Assembly (NCBI GenBank): GCA_051362555.1
Contig: CM120647.1
Coordinates: 3,038,001-3,102,000 of the forward strand
Length of the DNA: 64,000 bases
Direction: 5' to 3'
DNA from: Lingula anatina
Taxonomy: Eukaryota > Animalia > Brachiopoda
The number at the start of each line of letters is the position of its first letter. Position 1 is the first letter of the stretch. Below the pieces are notes generated by a model. That model saw only the letters and a list, made by a program, of their open reading frames with translations. It did no database searches and was not told the origin of the DNA. Both the position numbers and the translations under genes were made by a program. Of the stretch, positions 60,001 through 64,000 are shown piece by piece.

Positions 60001-63000
60001 AATCGAAAAATAAAAAAATGTATAAACTATGCCACAGAATCCAAATTCTCACTACCGTATGTTTATTCCATGTATGTATGTATTTGTTTTATAACATGTA
60101 TGCTAACATGTCACATACTACACATTGATATTGTTAACCTCTTGTTCTGTCTGTATTTCATTTGTCATTGTCAATCTTTTCTATTCAAAACCGGATGGAA
60201 GAACACAAAATACCATACCTTATCCCACGTCTCTGTCCATATGCCAAAACTGCGCTCTCCCACCGCTCGTGACCTTAGTATACTGATTGCAAATGCTCGC
60301 TCAGACTTCGTAGCAAGATTGACCAACATACTGTATTGACTCTTGAACAAAGTAAAGCAATCAATAACGTTATCTCACAAGATTCATCAAATATTTGCTA
60401 TATCCCTCCCTGAATACAATATTTATCCTTGTTAGCAGACCAACGACTTGATAAATAAATGTCAATTGAATACCTCACAAGAAGCTCGAGCTTGAGTGAA
60501 GTTTTGTGCTCCCCCGACGTACAAGTAACACACCATCTTATTCTGCAGCCATCCAAGAGGACACGAATCTAGAACAGATAAACTCTGTATCATCAGCAGT
60601 TCACCAAAACGATTTACCATGAAACCAATTCTGATTGTTTTAGATTTACCAGATTTACCTTGTTTATAAATATCCCTAGGGCAATTCACATATGGTTTAT
60701 CAAATTACGTTCAAAACAAACTTCATTGAGTGTATTTTTGTATTCATTGTAGCCGAGAACCAAACCACATACCAGAAGCTTCCCGTGGCTCACAACCGCC
60801 TCTACCACACTCCTGTATTTCCGGATTCCAGACAAGATGGTTTGGGCACATCTTGGGAATAATGCCACCTTCAGTGCAGCTGTAATACCGCCGACAAACT
60901 CTGGAGTCGGGAATGAACTGCCCTACGGGGCACTTTGTTATCTGACGGGGATAATCAGCAGGGAAAACGCTGGGCCCTGAAATATAGCATAAAGAAATAT
61001 CGTTAGATATTGTCAGTTGTAATGCTTTAATACAAAGAAAGGATAATCAGGCCTTTGGAACCTTAATCATTTAAGTATATAATTTGGTGAATTTTATGCC
61101 AATCCATTTATCTGTTCTACACCAAAATATTGGTTGATTTGTTTCAATTTACTTGTTATTGTTATTATTATCATCATCATCAATAGGTTTTTGTTATCCT
61201 AACAAAATGTACCAAAAGTAATTCAAGAAATACAATGATGAAATCACACGAAACATTATTAAGGTATCGGATCAACTTTTTCATTTAAAATAACCAATAG
61301 ACATCATGATAAAACAGTATAAAAATAAAAAAAATGCAAATATGACTTGTTTCAGCTACAGGGGTGGCAGTTTTGAAAACATTCTCACCTGTTTGATAAG
61401 AAGACATGGAATTGATGATTGGGTGAATAGAGACCTCGGGGTATGGGAACCCCGTGCCCCTATCTCGTAGCCTCTTCTTGATCTGCGCATGCTCTGTCAG
61501 ACCCCACCAGTTGGAAGACGCATTCACTGTTGAAGAGGACCCTTCACTTGTCATGTCAAATATAAATGTAGGGTTTTGGAAGACGTTGTCATGGAGAAAC
61601 GATGATGAGCCACCAGCAACTATGGCTGCCATGTTGTTTGCATCTCTTGCAATATTGTAGTATATGATGTTGTCAGTGGTGACGTCACTCGTGTTCCTGT
61701 TGGCTGGAGTTGTCCACCACATCACGTGAAGACCCGTGTTGTTGTAGATGTAGTTGTTTGTGACGGTTCCAGACACACCCTCCAGGTGGAGAACATCACT
61801 GTACCTATCTCCCTGTCCGTGCTGTATCACATTCCCATCTATACTGCACTGCTGTGTGTGAAGACCGTTCTCTATTTCTACCACCTGAATGCTCTCTTGC
61901 TGGGTTGTAAAGAGAATCTGGTTGCTCCAAACGTTCAATTTATTGTTTTGGAATAAGCTGTGAGTCGTAGCGTGGATGCCACCCTGATTTCCTTCCATGT
62001 AATTGTTTGCTAATGTAGCACTGGTTTCAGCGATATTAAGCCGAATAGCTGCTTTGGAATGTTCAGCTGGATGGGAAGTCGAAAGTCCATTTCTGTGAAA
62101 TATGTTTTTGTTGATGTTTATGTCCCAATCACTCTGTCCAAATGTAGTAATATTCACTCCACCAAGACCATTGCTAAACAAAATTGCCATTAGACCCTAA
62201 AAGGCAAATCCAATAGTGTGGATTATGAAATACGTAAAATATACACGTGAACTTGTATTTTAACATACCTAAAATTTTAAACTTTATCCTTAAGAACTCT
62301 TATCAATCAATAAAGTATTTGTATGAATGTCAAGTAGCACAATGACATGTTACTAGAATGTGTATGTGAGAATGTAAAATCTTACCTGTATATGTGTCGT
62401 TGGAAATCTTGATACCAAAGACCATGCTTTGCAAACCATACGTGTCCCAGCTCCAGGTCCTGCTATATAACCGGATGGTTACACTAGAACTGTTTATTGG
62501 AACATCTGAAGGAAGTGAATTGTTTGTCTGGTCAGCATAAAGAAGTCGCCTTGAGAGAAGGGGAGACGATCCCTCGAATATTTCCAGTTGAAAACGTTGC
62601 AGATTAAACTGTAAAATTTGGATTGTGATATTCTGTCCAGGTTCAGAACGTATTGCACGCGTGCAATTAAAATCATTTCCTCCGTGCTGTTTTCCGTGAG
62701 AATAATAAACCTCAACTCTGTCCTTAACAATAAGCATTTTGGAATTTCGTTCGCAAATGTTATCGACCCCATAAACGTCACTTGGCCATCCCACAGATTC
62801 TCGTTTGACCCTAGTATTGAGTGGTACACTTCTTGGGTAAGCCACAACAGCTTTTATCCCAACACCTCTGTTGTTAAGGAACTCATTTCGTTTAATGATG
62901 CTTGATTTCACTGCTGATCCAATAAGTTCAATACCGTTCAACCTTGCCTGGACCACTCGTGAGTTCTGTATGATTATACTGGGGGTGAAAGACTGTACAG

Positions 63001-64000
63001 CTGCGCCGTAGATGTTTCCTTTGTAACCTGCATTAAAAACGTCTACAAAGAGCAATTCGGAAGGGCTAGTGCTGATGTCACCTGAAGCAAACACCAATCC
63101 TTGCCAATAAGAGCAATTAGCTGTTTGGTATTGACAGCCAAAGACAATCCTTTCTCTCTTTTCTCCCCTTGCAACTATCCGTCCCAGAACGAGGATCCCT
63201 TTGTCCCTTGCTGGCTTAATCCAAACACCAGGTTCAATGAAAACCTCAACACCGGGTAAAATAGTCCAATCTTCTTTTAGATAAAACGGAGAACCTGCTG
63301 CTTCTAATGTGATGGACTTGTTCAGCCACCCGCAAAGGACGTTTCCTTGTGGAAGTCCCTCTGTGACGTCAGGAGTGTACACCATCTCGTTCGATCTTGA
63401 CACAAATGGAAGTACTCGCACTTCCGGTAGATACATGTCGTTGTGTGCATCATATATACGTTTTCTAACGCAACGGGTATTTTCACATCCCCACGTGTTG
63501 TATCTGGCTTCAATGGTGTCTGTCCATTTTGTAGAGCGAGTCTTGACATACAGCTCTGCCTCTAGGCCCGGGTTTTGAAGCGTGTTGTTTTGAACATAGA
63601 CATTTCCATAACCATCTAAAACTAGTGCAGCTGTCACTGGGGGCTGTGACGGCCGACGTTCGTTGTTGCCGGATGAATATGTGTTGTTAGCAATGATGTT
63701 CCCTATCAGTCCAACGTTTGGTGTTTTGTTTAGATCATAGGTTGATTTCTTCATATTCATGACAATGATATTCCTGTAATGGTTACCTGATATATCATTG
63801 TTCACGAATTGTATTGTCTTTTCATATCCCCGGTATAAGGTCATTGACCCATAGCTGTACTCATTGTCTGTGATGTTATTCCCCGATACTGTCATATGTA
63901 GAGCACCACCACTAATGTCAAGTACACTCCCTCTGTTGTCAATGATTTCGTTATTCAAAAACTGGATGTCCACATCTTTCGGGTTGTCATCCCTGACACT
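32689..64000 (-). CDS. Large multi-exon gene (5'-partial) for a multidomain type I transmembrane protein
   Basis: 38 GT-AG exons traced by hand: 64000-62386, 62196-61389, 60976-60773, 60568-60474, 60341-60219, 59961-59853, 59619-59438, 59177-58974, 58617-~58514, 58192-58029, 57601-57485, 57065-56868, 56665-56434, 56036-55871, 55634-55452, 50422-50256, 49967-49823, 49594-49493, 48856-48688, 47837-47594, 47329-47245, 46979-46839, 46528-46395, 46207-46035, 45787-45644, 45100-44905, 44602-44463, 43980-43780, 43485-43325, 38300-38183, 37656-37567, 37010-36921, 36534-36445, 35816-35664, 35421-35163, 34865-34696, 34387-33398, 33035-32689. Phases agree at all junctions except 62386/62196 (conflict) and ~58514/58192 (ambiguous). 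Confidence 0.88.
33398..34387 (-). CDS. Exon: 2 EGF-like repeats, 2 cadherin repeats, Thr-rich stalk
   Basis: [12 protein letters not shown] and [12 protein letters not shown]. Cadherin motifs [57 protein letters not shown]. Then a TTT-rich segment. Confidence 0.93.
34696..37656 (-). CDS. Six exons encoding a tenascin-type EGF-like repeat array
   Basis: [75 protein letters not shown] and others, with canonical phase-matched splice sites. Confidence 0.9.
36051..36502 (-). repeat. 67-bp minisatellite (about 6.7 copies) spanning an exon 3' end and its splice donor
   Basis: Unit GAGGACCACGGTGTGTGTTACAGGACCAACAGGTGTCGCTGTCTACCAGGGTTTGTGG|GTATGTATT. Donor GT at 36444, 36377, 36310, 36243, 36176 and 36109. 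Confidence 0.95.
38183..45787 (-). CDS. Six exons encoding an EGF-like repeat, a von Willebrand factor type D domain and the following Cys-rich (C8-like) segment
   Basis: [11 protein letters not shown]|[20 protein letters not shown]...FLNV...[21 protein letters not shown]...VEFAES|W, and AAETVC...[11 protein letters not shown]. Confidence 0.9.
38687..39022. mobile_element. 336-bp MITE with TTAA TSD (Kolobok-like termini), intronic
   Basis: TTAA|AGTGATAATAACTCTTCGT ... ACGAAGAGTTATTATCCCT|TTAA, a 19-bp TIR with one mismatch. Confidence 0.85.
39325..43239 (+). mobile_element. Decayed PIF/Harbinger (ISL2EU-like) DNA transposon: THAP-transposase relic plus convergent second ORF relic
   Basis: TIRs AGACCTTTTTCATCTTTTCCGGAAAT (39325-39350) and ATTTCCGCAAAAGATGAAAAAGGTTA (43214-43239). 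THAP relic from ATG 39415: [27 protein letters not shown]...W...[15 protein letters not shown]. Also KAVKFYSG (~41550) and [16 protein letters not shown] (~41880). Minus-strand [15 protein letters not shown]...LNRWMK from 43149. Confidence 0.75.
39611..41362 (+). mobile_element. RTE-clade LINE, internally deleted, nested in the Harbinger relic, antisense to the host gene
   Basis: APE motifs [39 protein letters not shown] motifs [53 protein letters not shown]. (TGA)n tail at 41341-41362. Stops and frameshifts present. Confidence 0.93.
45129..45368. mobile_element. 240-bp foldback MITE, PIF/Harbinger (Tourist-like), TAA TSD, intronic
   Basis: TAA|GACTCCGTTCACATG..AAGTCTATTTTCTAAAAA..CTATTTTCTATTCGCGGTATCTTGTAATCACGGTCCCTGTGCCCTG ... 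CAGGGCACAGGGACCGTGATTACAAGATACCGCGAATAGAAAATAG..CATGTGAACGGGGCC|TAA. Arms are about 80 bp. Confidence 0.9.
46035..47329 (-). CDS. Four exons encoding a CxC-rich cysteine repeat region ending in an EGF-like motif
   Basis: [23 protein letters not shown]...CPCHCADG...GTCE|CGCECPNGG...[10 protein letters not shown]...CYCP, CPVCD...CRCVC...GRRGEQC. Junctions are phase-matched. Confidence 0.82.
50747..51760 (-). CDS. Tyrosine recombinase of the DIRS/PAT-type element (open frame)
   Basis: FSGFLRYSE (catalytic R), [19 protein letters not shown] (HxxR), [13 protein letters not shown] (H/W and Y). Preceded by a splice-acceptor-like TTTGTATTTACAG. Confidence 0.92.
   Translation of the reverse strand, partial: VFQSGVWTELKDFNNATLRRLGKELPSIVLKSRADNTVKKYTYIFQKWKNWTGKFTEVNIFPASTNHIALYMLSLIQQESKPGAIQDVKYALKWVHDIAGITRNPYDNALISNIVEAAKRMSCNRTIKKEIVTSEMLNKLVNRFAKSNASLSDLRDVCICLLSFSGFLRYSEVSSIRRTDVIFKNSYFEVFIEKSKTDIYRDGSNVLIARTGKTSCPYAFLQRYLRAADIEEDSEKYIFRSVKYLKKSGKHVLKDTGKLSYTRMRETVLQKIEELGFDKSKFGLHSLRAGGASAAANCGIKERLFKKHGRWKSDKAKDGYLKDNILQRMSVSLNLGI
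51985..52810. repeat. ~94-bp tandem repeat (about 9 copies) between pol and the recombinase
   Basis: TGTCAATCCTGACT core at about 52003, 52104, 52198, 52291, 52386, 52479, 52574, 52669 and 52763. Confidence 0.92.
52852..54800 (-). pseudogene. Disrupted pol (RT, RNase H, DNA adenine methyltransferase-like domain) of the DIRS/PAT element
   Basis: [74 protein letters not shown]. In-frame TAG at 54335-54333 and a frameshift in the A8 run at 54122-54115. Confidence 0.9.
54799..55215 (-). CDS. gag-like ORF (partial) with CCHC zinc knuckle
   Basis: [21 protein letters not shown] and [14 protein letters not shown]. Overlaps the start of pol in another frame. Confidence 0.85.
   Translation of the reverse strand, partial: KSDAGWEAVEEYQSDDLADDSEDEKKIRSAQIRANRKLCQKKQKRNNVGQRRSGVYNNYSNMPVQYTASANFSGSGPFKRLFRAKRSQPSKYDQCFGCGQYGHWRAECSKFNQQKQSYFQNNTEPNPSYYSYAQVGSQ
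58974..59619 (-). CDS. Two exons: 2 EGF-like repeats and a PSI (plexin repeat) domain
   Basis: [12 protein letters not shown]...[20 protein letters not shown]|GRAC, then [28 protein letters not shown]...C. Confidence 0.88.
59853..60568 (-). CDS. Three exons encoding a C-type lectin-like domain
   Basis: [16 protein letters not shown]...[10 protein letters not shown]|SQYSMLVNL...E...FGIWT...|EDGKCP...[13 protein letters not shown]. Confidence 0.82.
60773..60976 (-). CDS. Exon encoding a chitin-binding type-2 (peritrophin-A/CBM14-like) domain
   Basis: Phase 1-1 exon, not in the ORF track frame: [48 protein letters not shown]. Six Cys with the CxxYYxC and CPxxLxWN pattern. Confidence 0.82.
61389..64000 (-). 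CDS. Two large exons: parallel beta-helix repeats and a CUB-like domain, resembling Bark beetle/Anakonda-type ectodomain modules
   Basis: Repeated I..N.I..N motifs, IEARYNTWG / [33 protein letters not shown]...[12 protein letters not shown]...IVF...WQGLVF, and CUB-like [23 protein letters not shown]...LEIFEG...[10 protein letters not shown]. The frame is open to the window edge. Confidence 0.82.

Noticed and set aside
60686-60868. [12 protein letters not shown]... as the coding frame
   Set aside because: Splice phases require a different frame, which encodes the chitin-binding module.

Overview
AT-rich eukaryotic DNA from an animal, probably a marine invertebrate. The evidence is GT-AG introns and metazoan extracellular domains; no prokaryotic features are present. 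All annotation was done by eye, with no database searches. (1) 1-18.8 kb is repetitive. A dimeric satellite (181+196 bp = 377 bp) with higher-order variants decays rightwards. It is interrupted by two copies of a non-autonomous Helentron-like element and a ~145-bp TGACCT-rich array. (2) 19-32 kb is intergenic. It holds a decayed L2/CR1-type LINE, MITEs, and a Penelope-like GIY-YIG fragment carrying a minimal hammerhead ribozyme fold. (3) 32.7-64 kb holds the 3' part of a large minus-strand gene (38 exons traced, about 3000 codons in the window) for a type I membrane protein. Its domain order is Bark-beetle-like beta-helix/CUB, chitin-binding, C-type lectin, EGF, PSI, an unassigned region, Cys-rich, VWD, EGF array, two cadherin repeats, TM and tail. 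Its introns contain a THAP/ISL2EU-type Harbinger relic with a nested RTE LINE, a DIRS/PAT-type tyrosine-recombinase retrotransposon, MITEs, and a 67-bp tandem array that duplicates a splice donor.
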